The notes below the pieces were generated by a model. It saw nothing but the letters and a program-made list of their open reading frames with translations. It was not told the origin of the DNA and ran no database searches. The position numbers and the translations under genes are program-made. A DNA stretch of 64,000 bases, from contig OZ024744.1 of the NCBI GenBank assembly GCA_964016885.1, positions 93,186,001 to 93,250,000 of the forward strand, read 5' to 3'. Shown here piece by piece: positions 11,285 through 22,657 of the stretch (positions are counted from its first letter, which is position 1; each line of letters opens with the position of its first letter). The stretch is from Eledone cirrhosa (taxonomy: Eukaryota).

Positions 11285-13177
11285 TAGTGCTGCCAGCCAT
11301 ACCTTGACAGTGCTGCCAGCCATACCTTGACAGTGCTGCCAGCTGTACCTTGACAGTGCTGCCAGCTGTACCTTGACAGTGCTGCCAGCCGTACTCTGAC
11401 AGTGCTGCCAGCCATACCTTGACAGTACTGCCAGCCGTACCTTGACAGTATTGCCAGCTGTACCTTGACAGTGCTGCCAGCCGTACCTTGACAGTATTGC
11501 CAGCTGTACCTTGACAGTGCTGCCAGCCGTACCTTGACAGTGCTGCCAGCTGTACCTTGACAGTGCTGCCAGCCGTACCTTGACAGTGCTGCCAGCTGTA
11601 CTTTGACAGTGCTGCCAGCCGTACCTTGACAGTACTGCCAGCTGTACCTTGACAGTGCTGCCAACCGTACCTTGACAGTGCTGCCAGCTGTACTTTGACA
11701 GTGCTGCCAGCCATACCTTGACAGTGCTGCCAGCCGTACCTTGACAGTGCTGCCAGCTGTACCTTGACAGTGCTGCCAGCCATACCTTGACAGTACTGCC
11801 AGCCGTACCTTGACAGTGCTGCCAGCCGTACTCTGACAGTGCTGCCAGCCATACCTTGACACTGCTGCCAGCTATACCTTGACAGTACTGCCAGCTGTAC
11901 CTTGACAGTGCTGCCAGCTGTACCTTGACAGTGCTGCCAGCCGTACCTTGACAGTGCTGCCAGCCATACCTTGACAGTACTGCCAACCGTACCTTGACAG
12001 TGCTGCCAGCTGTACCTTGACAGTGCTGCCAGCCATACCTTGACAGTACTGCCAACCGTACCTTGACAGTGCTGCCAGCTGTACCTTGACAGTGCTGCCA
12101 GCCATACCTTGACAGTGCTGCCAGCCGTACCTTGACAGTGCTGCCAGCTGTACCTTGACAGTGCTGCCAGCTATACCTTGACAGTACTGCCAGCCGTACC
12201 TTGACAGTGCTGCCAGCCGTACTCTGACAGTGCTGCCAGCCATACCTTGACACTGCTGCCAGCTATACCTTGACAGTACTGCCAGCTGTACCTTGACAGT
12301 GCTGCCAGCCATACCTTGACAGTGCTGCCAGCCGTACCTTGACAGTATTGCCAGCTGTACCTTGACAGTGCTGCCAGCTGTACCTTGACAGTGCTGCCAG
12401 CTATACCTTGACAGTGCTGCCAGCCGTACCTTGACAGTGCTGCCAGCTGTACCTTGACAGTGCTGCCAGCCGTACCTTGACAGTGCTGCCAGCTGTACCT
12501 TGACAGTGCTGCCAGCCGTACCTTGACAGTGCTGCCAGCCGTACCTTGACAGTGCTGCCAGCCGTACCTTGACAGTGCTGCCAGCCGTACTTTGACAGTG
12601 CTGCCAGCCGTACCTTGACAGTACTGCCAACCGTACCTTGACAGTGCTGCCAGCTGTACCTTGACAGTGCTGCCAGCCATACCTTGACAGTGCTGCCAGC
12701 CGTACCTTGACAGTGCTGCCAGCTGTACCTTGACAGTGCTGCCAGCTATACCTTGACAGTACTGCCAGCCGTACCTTGACAGTGCTGCCAGCCGTACTCT
12801 GACAGTGCTGCCAGCCATACCTTGACACTGCTGCCAGCCATACCTTGACAGTACTGCCAGCTGTACCTTGACAGTGCTGCCAGCCATACCTTGACAGTGC
12901 TGCCAGCCGTACCTTGACAGTATTGCCAGCTGTACCTTGACAGTGCTGCCAGCTGTACCTTGACAGTGCTGCCAGCTGTACCTTGACAGTGCTGCCAGCT
13001 ATACCTTGACAGTGCTGCCAGCTGTACCTTGACAGTGCTGCCAGCTATACCTTGACAGTGCTGCCAGCCGTACCTTGACAGTGCTGCCAGCCGTACCTTG
13101 ACAGTGCTGCCAGCTGTACCTTGACAGTGCTGCCAGCCGTACCTTGACAGTGCTGCCAGCCGTACCTAGACAGTGCT
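11285..13177. repeat. 23-bp GC-rich minisatellite, ~82 copies
   Basis: Unit ACCTTGACAGTGCTGCCAGC(C/T)(G/A)T. Copies start at 11301 and 11324. No spacers. Confidence 0.97.
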
Positions 13178-13570
13178 GAATTGGTAGAGTGTTGGACATC
13201 ATGCTTAGCGGCAGGGAGTTACGGCCCTTTATGTTCTGAGTTCAAATCTTGCCAAGGTTAACTTTGCTTTTCATCCCCGCGGGGTCGATAAAATAAAGTA
13301 CCAGTAATACACTGGCCTTGTGCCTAAATCAGAAACCATCATTGGATTGGCAGTATCAGTAGCGGGTCAGATGCCATGCTTTGCAGTTTAGTGTTACAGC
13401 CCTTTATGATCTGAGTTCAAATCCCGATGAGGTTAGCTTTGCCTTTCATCCTTACGGGGTCAATAAAATAAAGTACCAGTCACACACTGGGGTTGATTCA
13501 ATCGTATAGCCCCTCCCCCTAAATTGCTGGCCTTGTGCCTAAATCTGAAACCATTATTATTATTATTTAT
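13178..13570 (+). mobile_element. Two tandem SINE family A copies
   Basis: A-box-like TGGCAGTATCAG, B box GAGTTCAAATCC, family core and (ATT)n tail. The tail abuts the acceptor of the next exon. Confidence 0.85.
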
Positions 13571-13589
13571 TTATTTATTTATTATTCAG

Positions 13590-13737
13590 ATTTCACTTCC
13601 TCGTTCCCGTATACCAATGTATGCAGAAAAACCATTAAACTCACCAACTTTACCCAATTATAATGGCTGGCGTGAAGCAAATTCAACCCATGAAGTATCT
13701 CAAGAAATACCCTATACAAAGGATGCAGAATCAACTG
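13590..13737 (+). CDS. STXBP4: STXBP4-like linker exon
   Basis: attcag| acceptor and G|gtacgt donor, phase 0-1. Encodes ISLPRSRIPMYAEKPLNSPTLPNYNGW...KDAEST. Confidence 0.78.
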
Positions 13738-14284
13738 GTACGTATTTACTTCCCCTTTTGTCTCCACTCATTACTCTTTTCCTTTATCTTTGTCATTTTT
13801 TTTTTTTTTTGAGAGAGAGAGAGAGGGCTCTTCAGTCATGTCAAAGTCAATAGCAACCTCCATGTTATTAGTGGTACAATATAATGCTCCGAGTACACTC
13901 TGTAAAGTAGTTGGTAATAGATAGGATGGGTTTCCAATCATTATAAAGCTTACCAAACAAAGAGTTGGGAGGACTTTTCGGTTAAGTTAAACATGACAAC
14001 CTCCCTAGTGCTGGTGCCACAGTAAAACACACCAAGTACACTCTGCAAAGTGGTTAGTGATAGGAAGGGTATCCAGCCATAGAAAACTTGCCAAACAAAG
14101 GGTGGAGATGACTCTTCATTTATCGCAGACATGACAAACTCCCTAGAGTTGATGTCGTGATAAAATGTACCCTGTACATTCTGTAGAATGTGGAGAATGT
14201 TATGTGACCCCTAGCCTTTCTGATCTCAGTAACTTAAACACTGATTTGGTCTGTGACAACCCATCCAACACATGCTAGCAGGGA

Positions 14285-15380
14285 AAACATGCTATAGGAA
14301 CAGATTCTGGAATAAGATAGAGAATCAAGAAGATAGGGTGAACTCATGGTATGACAGCAACAAATACCAGAGTGTAATATTCATCTATGCTACCCCCATT
14401 TATTTAGTAGAAAAGCCAGGTATTCCCATTAAAGCCATGATTAACAGAACGTACCCTTTTAAGAAAACCCCCTGCACTGATAGAAAATGTATAATCTGAA
14501 GATTTAGCCCACAAATTAACTGTAAAACTAGGAATGTAGTATATAGCATACAATGTACAGCAGGACAGTGTAAGAATAGGAATACAATATATATAGGTGA
14601 GACAGCGCATAGCATAGGATGAAAGAACACTGGTGAGAACTCCAAGACAAGAAAAACTCATCAGTACTCCACCAACATGCCAGAATGGAACATGGGGATT
14701 CTCTAGTGAACATTGAGATAAAAGATTAAATTTTATCTGCACACAGAACAGATGTGTATGTGAGCCCACGGAATGTACAGAATGCTGGGTTGATGTATAT
14801 ATATATTGTAAAGGTGCATTTCGTACTTAAATACTCCCGCGTCGAAAGTCACCAGTTTTAACAGGATGGTTTTAAGAGTAGATGTATCACCACGAAGAAT
14901 CGAGGTTAGCCTGTAAGATGTTAGGAATATCGACAACGACTATGGCTTGTTTTACATTATTTATTAACAAGGTTGAGCTGAGTGGAGCTGAGTAGCTGGC
15001 ATGCCAAGAGAGATAAAACAAACGAACTAAGAATTTCAGAAGGCACGGTCTACTGGCTGAAGTGTTGCCAGGCCGTGGTTAAGTTGTTGTTACATATTGG
15101 CTAGTGATTTCACAGCGAAAGAAAGTTAGTTGTTTACCTTTTCAGTGTCAGCACGCAAGAGGCAGATTTCTCAAAATCAACGCGAGAATTTTTCCCTCGG
15201 GGCGCGTAGGGATACATTCTCTTCTACTGGCGCTGATTGGCTGAGCTGAGCCAAATCACGCACAGAGAATGTATGTGAGCCCGCGGAATGTAGATCACTA
15301 CAGATGCAATGCTCCAACAGATTATTGAAGCTACAAACATAAATAAACTTTGACCAAAATTAAATAGAAAGGAGGAATAG
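14285..15380 (+). mobile_element. Penelope-like element fragment (zinc-finger-like linker plus GIY-YIG endonuclease), interrupted by a solo LTR
   Basis: Translates as WYDSNKYQSVIFIYATP...PCTDRKCII*RFSPQINCKTRNVVYSIQCTAGQCKNRNTIYIGETAHS, then SVLHQHARMEH. Joined across the insertion it reads ILSAHRTDAMLQQIIEATNI..LNRKEE. Confidence 0.85.
14755..15302. mobile_element. Probable solo LTR (548 bp)
   Basis: Begins TGTATGTG and ends CACTACA (TG...CA, short inverted termini). Flanked by GATG at 14751-14754 and 15303-15306. Removing it restores the Penelope-like reading frame. Confidence 0.75.
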
Positions 15381-15717
15381 AATTACAACCTCACATCATA
15401 GTGATTAAAGCAATATAAATACACACAAGAAGAAAACTAATAAAATACATATGCCATTCCCACGCCTGCCACACACACACACATCTCTCTCTCGAGAGAG
15501 AGAGATCAGCATAACAATTAGCTAGTGACAAGTAGGAAAGAGAGAAAAGAGGGAATAAACAAATAAATGAATAAAATGTACACATGGATGTAACACATGT
15601 GCAGTCCAAGTCTACAGCTCACAAAGTAACAAAAGTTATCACTGAAGAGGTCACAGAATGTGTGATGAAAGAGCTTTGACAATCAGCAACTAAACAACTA
15701 TCCAGCTATTAAACTAG

Positions 15718-15887
15718 CCAACACTGTAAATGTGGTTGGTGTTAGGAAGGGCATTCAGCCGTAGAAAACCTGCCAGAAACAGTTCTGTACGAGCGAGACA
15801 CGGTCTCCCGACCAATCTCACCTCAAGTGGGACAAAACTGTCCAACCCATGCTAGTGTGGAAGATGTACCTTAAATGATGATGATGA
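15718..15887 (+). mobile_element. RTE 3'-tail fragment / RTE-tailed SINE
   Basis: CACTGTAAATGTGGTTGGTGTTAGGAAGGGCAT...AACCCATGCTAG..TTAAATGATGATGATG matches 3895-4056. Similar copies at ~24500-24700, 24895-25290, 27300-27455, 39970-40140 and 46485-46625. Confidence 0.85.
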
Positions 15888-16035
15888 AGTGTAACCTAAC
15901 AGGTGCATGTGCATTTCTTGAAAGCATGACCCTCCAAAAGTACAACAATGTTTCAACATGCTTTCACATAAAAAATACCTTTAAAAAGGATACAAAATCG
16001 AAGTGTGTGCGTGTATATACATACATACATACATG

Positions 16036-16066
<31 letters not shown>

Positions 16067-16557
16067 TATGTGCAGTTTCATGCATTTGTTGGTGTGACGC
16101 ATGTGAGACACTAACAAAAGAAAGAAAAGACGGAAAATTTACAGGTGTCTTTTCGACTGAAGAGGGACACATGTTTGAAAATGTACAACTAGACTTGGAT
16201 GGACAATAAATTGTGCATATAAATGTGCAACATAAGATGCTAGAAACAGGTGGAAAATCGACTTTTTGTCAATGAAATACAGAGCAAAAGAAATTATGAG
16301 TGCTGGCCAGCAGTGTTACCAGTGGCAACATAAAGGTTAAATTAATAGGAAAGATAGCTGAAGTAGCAAACAAGGAACAGTAGGAGACTTGGATGGGGAA
16401 ACTGAGAGGGAAAAGAAATAGAGGTGGTCAGGCAAGCGAGAACTATACTTTATCAAAATATATACTTTGTCTAGTGTGTGTGTGTGTGTGTGTGTATCTA
16501 TACGTATGTCTGTATATGTGTATGTATGTATGTATATATATATATATATACACACAC

Positions 16558-16727
16558 ACCATATTTCCTGGCATTGAAGATGCTACTTTTTTCCTAAAAT
16601 AAGTCTCAAAACTCTACCATGTATCCTGGAGGCCGAAGGTTGTTTATTTTTTTTTTCAAATTTTTGGTTGTCAAAATTAGGGTGTGTCCTTGAGGACGAA
16701 GCGTTTTTGGCACCAGGAAATACGGTA
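16558..16727. mobile_element. MITE, Tc1/mariner-pogo type, embedded in TA/CA microsatellites
   Basis: TIRs ACCATATTTCCTGG ... CCAGGAAATACGGTA, followed by a long (TA)n tract to ~16815. Confidence 0.72.
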
Positions 16728-16818
<91 letters not shown>

Positions 16819-17849
16819 ACATACCACACTAGACATAAAATAAAACCAATCATGCCCTTCAGAACTATACCTTAAAAACACTCCCAGTATGGTATAGTCC
16901 CGTAACTCCTGATGGCATGGTAGGGGCACCGTATTGACATACAGTGTTTGTTGGGCATTTGAAGCCTGGTAGAGCCCATCCCTCTCCAGGTCTGGCTAAA
17001 GCAGATTTCTTCCAAAGAAGGATAGATCCGCCAACAGAACAGCTAACACATACACACATGTACTTCCCTGACATTTGTGTATTATTCTATGTACTATATT
17101 GACGAGTTGTAGTGCACCTGAGCACTTTACACAATAATTTCATTATTATTTTATAGTAAGAGAAAAGAAGGAAGAGAGGTATATAGAGGAAAAATCGATC
17201 CCCAATACTTGACTGGTACTTCTTTTATCAACCTCCAATAGACGAATGGCAAAGTTGATCTCAGTGGGATTTGAACTCAGAAAGCCAGAACGAATACTAC
17301 AAAGCATTCTATCTGACATTCTAATGACTCTGCCAATTTGCAGCTTTTATGACTCCCAGTATATCAACTACCAAACCTACATCAGTTACTACTGGTATGG
17401 ATGAGTTGGATGTTATCAGGCAGCAACCATTGTATTACATGGTGTGTGGCTGGTAGCATGGTCACAACTGCTGGTTTCACGGTAAAGACTTTATCTCACA
17501 TAATATCGAATCTATGAGATTTTGATATTATTTATTTTGAGAACAATACCTTAATATATATATATGAGCAACCAGTTTGAATAGAAAGAGTTGAGAGAAT
17601 TCTGGTCGGATGCGGCTGGTTTAAATGCTAAAGGCACTAGAGTCTTTGTGGGCGTGGCGTCAAATCCCAATGTTGTCACATGGGGTACTTTGTCCAAACC
17701 TTGCTAGCAATGTAAGTGGACATCAAACATTGATGATGATGATGATGATGATATATGATAGAATTTTTTTTTTATTTTAAAAAAATATTACTTTTCTTTA
17801 GTAAATATTTTTTTTATTTTATTTAATTTTAATTTTTTTTTTTTTCCAG

Positions 17850-18022
17850 GTAAATCATCTATTTTACATATACATTATTCTGATGACATGCCGAATAATA
17901 ACAACAATAATAAACATGGGACTTCTAAGGTTAATTTTTATCAGGATGAGAATGTTTCAACTTCCAGTCAACTCCCGCAGTCACCACAAAATAACAACTT
18001 TAATTTCAAGGAGATGACAGAT
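17850..18022 (+). CDS. STXBP4: STXBP4-like linker exon (Asn-rich)
   Basis: Long T tract plus ccag| acceptor and GAT|gtaagt donor, phase 1-0. Encodes GKSSILHIHYSDDMPNNNNNNKHG...FKEMTD. Confidence 0.78.
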
Positions 18023-18194
18023 GTAAGTTTACAAGAGGTTTTTATAATTGATCATTCGTTCTGTCTATTATCTCACATCCTCGTGTCTTTTATTCCTAGG
18101 CCATGTCTGTAACACTCCCGGAACCAGACCTATGCTAATTTCCTAATCCTCTTAGCTTTGCTAGTACTTTTTTTTAAACTTCACTTTCAAAGAG

Positions 18195-18670
18195 CCCAGT
18201 CCAACTTGTAAAATAGTGCTGGTGCTACAATAAGCACCCAGTCTACCCTGTAAAGTGGAAGAGTTGGTGCCACAACAAAAAGCTCGCAGTTCAACCTGTA
18301 AAGTGCTGATGCCACGATAAAAAGTACTCAATTCACCCTATAAAGTGATTGTTTTGGTGACACAACCAAAAACACCTAGTCCACACTGTAAAGTGGTCGT
18401 CATGGTGCAATGATAAAAAGCCCCCAGTCTTTACTGTAAAGTAGGTGTGTTGGTACCACAATTAAAAGCACCCAGTCCACCCTGTAAAGTACTAGTGTTG
18501 GTACCACAATTAAAAGCACCCAGTCCACTGTAAAGTGGTTGTTTTGGTGCTACAATAAAAAGCACCCAGTCCACACTACATTGGTAGTGGTAGTACCACA
18601 ATAAAATACATCCTGCCTACATTGTAAAGGGGTAGTGATGGGGCCACAACAAAAAGTACCCTGTCCAGAA
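18195..18670 (+). repeat. Diverged ~48-bp minisatellite related to the RTE 3' UTR
   Basis: Repeated GTGTTGGTACCACAATTAAAAGCACCCAGTCCACCCTGTAAAGT. Confidence 0.85.
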
Positions 18671-19225
18671 AGTGGCATGTGACGGAGTAAAACGTTGGCT
18701 CTGTTTGTTTTTGTCTCCCTAGTTCTCTAACTGACCCTCTTCATCAAATAATGTGCAACTCAAATGTATTGCATTTAATTCTATACATGTATGTTAAGTT
18801 ATGTTTTCATTTTAATACCCCAGTGACAGTGTTGGACTATTTTGCCAGACATTGTGATTCTGTATGGACCAGCAGTAGTTGTGGTAGAAGTTGAAACTGT
18901 GTGTGTCCATTTCAGTGGACAACAACCACAGTTGATTACTTGTTATTGAGATATATATGTGTGTGTGTTATATATATATTCCTCATTTCTCACAAATGAA
19001 GCAGTTCTAGTCCTGTAAAGGTTTTCTATATTAAAACATTTATACTCTATGTATTGAGTACCTTACTTATTGTGGTTAACCCCGATTCAACCTGGAATAA
19101 CTTATATATATATATATTACAGATTAAAGTTTAAGCAAAGAATTTCTACTTTCACCCTATTATGGGATCTTCTATACATAAAATCCTTATCCAGCCCTCT
19201 TCAGATTTTGGTCTTCATTATTATT

Positions 19226-19263
<38 letters not shown>

Positions 19264-19409
19264 GAGAGAGATTAAAACGTAACGACTCTTTAACAACAAA
19301 GTGAAGACATGGTAAATAAATAGAGGGGGAGAGAGAGAGATGTATGTCTGCTTGTCTATCTATTTATCACATACAATTTACACATTTTCATTCTCCGTCT
19401 TTTGATCAG

Positions 19410-19506
19410 CTGTGGCAGACTTTAGGATTTCAACCGACTCCTAATGAGCTGGCTGCTATAAGATATCGTGTGGCTGTTGATGAACATGGAATGGTTTCTT
19501 ACGAAG
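19410..19506 (+). CDS. STXBP4: STXBP4-like exon, EF-hand-like region
   Basis: gatcag| acceptor and G|gtaatt donor, phase 0-1. LWQTLGFQPTPNELAAIRYRVAVDEHGMVSYE resembles vertebrate STXBP4 LGIQPT...DSKGTVSF (recalled, not aligned). Confidence 0.9.
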
Positions 19507-19570
19507 GTAATTAGTAACACCTGTTTTTACCTTGAAGCAATGAACAATCAAACAAAAATATAATCTATAA

Positions 19571-20092
19571 CAGCGGTCACCAACCTTTCGGACCTCACGG
19601 ACAAACTAAATTTATAATTTTAAATTCCACGGACCATTAATATGAATACATTTGTGAAATAATTGTTTCTACTTTTGGCACAAGGCCAGCTATTATCCCA
19701 GTGTATTACTGGTACTTTATGTTATCGACCTGCGTAAGGATGAAAGGCAAAGTTAACCTCGGCAGTGTTTTAACTCAACGCAAAGGGCCATAACTCTATA
19801 CTGCAAAGCATGGTGTCTGACGCTCTACTAATGATCAGAGAACTACCATTTTATTAAATAATACTGAAGTGTACGCGTGTCATATTGTTGATAGATGATA
19901 CATATGTGTAAAATACTTTCATGGATGTTAGTTCTTTACTGAGGAGAAACATTTTTTTAGAGGAGTTATAAAATATATTTTAACCAAATAATACTTTTGT
20001 TTTATTATTAATAAAACATAAAAATTGCAAATGTCAACATTTTTCTGCAGACCACCAAAGTTTTCTCTTGGAAACCCGGTTGGTGACCACTG
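19571..20092. mobile_element. hAT-type MITE with a nested SINE A (~19660-19835)
   Basis: TIRs CAGCGGTCACCAACC / GGTTGGTGACCACTG and a perfect 8-bp TSD ATCTATAA (19563-19570, 20093-20100). Confidence 0.9.
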
Positions 20093-21740
20093 ATCTATAA
20101 CATAACAATTAGTTGTTGTTGTTTGTGTTTTTATATAGAAATTAAATAACACTCTCTTCCCTATGGCTTTAGTTATAAGTAGATCAACACTGCAGTAAAT
20201 ATTACTGACTGACATTGTGTAAAAATCTCTTTGGTATACAAGGACCAAGAACAGTAGCATTTGATCCACTGTAAAATTCAGGGGGTCAGCAGTTGGATAT
20301 ATCATTTACCAGTTGGGTCTAAGACCAAACAGTAGACTGCCATGCATTAATTAACCCCTTTTATACCAACCTACCTGCAACCACTACCTCCACCACCCTG
20401 TCATCGAATCATTTCCATTTTACATTCATTTTTCTACACTAGCATGGGTTAGATGAGTTGTCCTGTTGTGAGACAAGTCAGATCAGATGACTGTGTCTGG
20501 TTCATACAGAACAGTTTCTGGTTTGGTTTCTACAACTGGATGCCATTCCTAACTCCAACCACATTTGTGTGTGTGTGTATATATATATAAATGTGTGTGC
20601 GTATGTATAAATGCGTGTGTATGTATGTATGTATGTATGTGTGTGTGTATATATAACAATAACATCAGTAACAAAATATCTAGATGGTGAATAATTAAAA
20701 CAATAACATCAATACAAGTAAGAAATAGAATATAATGATTTAACAAGCATGGTAAACAAACAGAAATGATATTGTTCTGGTCTAATACCACTCCTCTATA
20801 AAAGCCATGCCTTGTATATTATCCTCACATCCACACGCTCTGATGAATTAACTGGTTATAAACAAAGTATTGGAGATCGATTGACGCAACATCTAGCGAT
20901 TAGCGAACTCTAGACCTACCAGATCAACGAAACAATTGTCAGCACTGTGAATAAAGCCCTTATTGTACAGCCAACCATGTTACTCTTATCTCTTGAATTA
21001 TTATTACTCCAAGTATAACCTGCATAGAAATCACTGCAAACTCGCTGCATCACTATGGAAGCATCTTGTTGAGTCAAACTAAGCCATGCGTTAAAACCAT
21101 CCACAACACAGAGTACTCTAAGTGGATTACCTACAACAATAACTTGTTATCCCGTATATATATATATATATATAAAATCATCATCACCTCCATTTAACAT
21201 TCATTTTCCATGCTAGCATGGGCTAGATGAGTTGTCTTGTAAGACAAGCTAGGTCAGATGAGTTTCTGGTTTGGCTTCTGCAGCTAGATGCCCTTCCTAA
21301 TGTAAATCACATTTACAGTGTGGACAAGGTGTGTATATAGTAAAAAAAAAGAAATGCTTATATTCATCTAAAAACCTTTCATCATAATTTTATATAAGAA
21401 CAAATATGTTCCAAACACTAGCTTAATAATGAGAAAGTTATATAACTAAATCCTTCCAAATTCTTGATTATGCTCAAATTGATTTGAAAAACCATAGACA
21501 GTGTATTTCATTGAAAATATAGCAACAAGTGGCTTAAATTTTAAAAATTATTTGAAAATCATAAGCAGTGAATTTCATTAGAAATATGGTAATAAAAGAT
21601 TCAATATTTTTAATTATTTTAAAATCATAAACTATGTATTTCATTAGAAATATAATAATGAAAGGATTAAAATAATTTTCTGAGACAAAACAATTACCAA
21701 ATTAATAACTAATTATTTTACTTTTTTTTTTTCCTATTAG

Positions 21741-21850
21741 AAATCATCAAAGTTGCAAGTGAGGTGTGCCAAGCGGGCTCTAAAGGAGTCGGAAAAGACT
21801 TTACTCGGCCTCTAAATCGAGAGGTGAGAGTAGAAACATTTCCACATGAG
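21741..21850 (+). CDS. STXBP4: STXBP4-like exon (EF-hand exit helix)
   Basis: ttcctattag| acceptor and GAG|gtaaga donor, phase 1-0. Encodes EIIKVASEVCQAGSKGVGKDFTRPLNREVRVETFPHE. Confidence 0.85.
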
Positions 21851-22190
21851 GTAAGACATATTGCATTAAAATGGAATAAAGGATATACTGATTAAGTAAC
21901 TTGGCTTACCATACAGTGGGAACTAGGTGCTTTTGTTACTATGGCACCAGATTACCCATACAGGGTGAACTTAGTGCATTTTTTTTTTTCAGATGTGGAA
22001 TGTGTCCAACTTTTCATGATCATCAAATTGTATTTTTTGTTTAAATAAGATAACAGGAATCATTATGGAAATACTTTTGAATACCTTTAATAAACATGTA
22101 ATTAGGATCTTTGTAATTTTACAATTAATTCCTTTATAAAAAGACTAAATGTACATAAATCTTCTTAGGTAAATTTGAGAGAATTTCTTT

Positions 22191-22657
22191 TACAAGATTT
22201 GGCTAAAAAGTTCATAGACGAACCAAGATATTCCTATGGGATAACCACATGAGGTTTATTTTTCAACATAGTCCTGGAAAGAATCAATCTCGTTATTAGT
22301 AAAAAAAAAAAGTTGAAATTAATGCATTACATGCAAGATTTCACAGCTCTAGCATCATTCCTTCATAGGATGGCCAAGATACTCTCATGGAATAACCAAA
22401 TGAGGTTTATTTTTCAACATAATCCCTGGAAAGAAACAATGTAGTTATTAGAAAGAAAAGTAAAAATTAATGCATGCAAGATTTCATAGGCTGACCAAAT
22501 ACTCTCATGGAATGACCAAATGAGGTTTATTTTTCAACATAGTCCCTGGAAAGAAACAATGTATTTATTAGTAAGAGTTGAAATTAATGCATGCAAGATT
22601 TCACAGCTCTATTATCACTCCTTACTCATCCTATGAATTTTTCAGCCCACTCTCATA
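22191..22657. mobile_element. Mariner-type MITE with an internally triplicated segment
   Basis: Termini GGCTAAAAAGTTCATAG / CTATGAATTTTTCAGCC. ATGAGGTTTATTTTTCAACATA occurs three times. A single-unit relative lies at 23968-24168. Confidence 0.7.

Noticed and set aside
11285-13177. CRISPR-like array or repeat protein (SRYGWQHCQGTAGSTVKV)
   Set aside because: Contiguous 23-bp monomers with no unique spacers and no cas genes. All frames give the same cyclic peptide because 23 is not a multiple of 3.
20838-20870. Possible minimal hammerhead ribozyme (CTGATGA followed by a short TAAC-TG-GTTA stem)
   Set aside because: The required GAAA core is absent (TAAAC) and I could not identify stems I and III.
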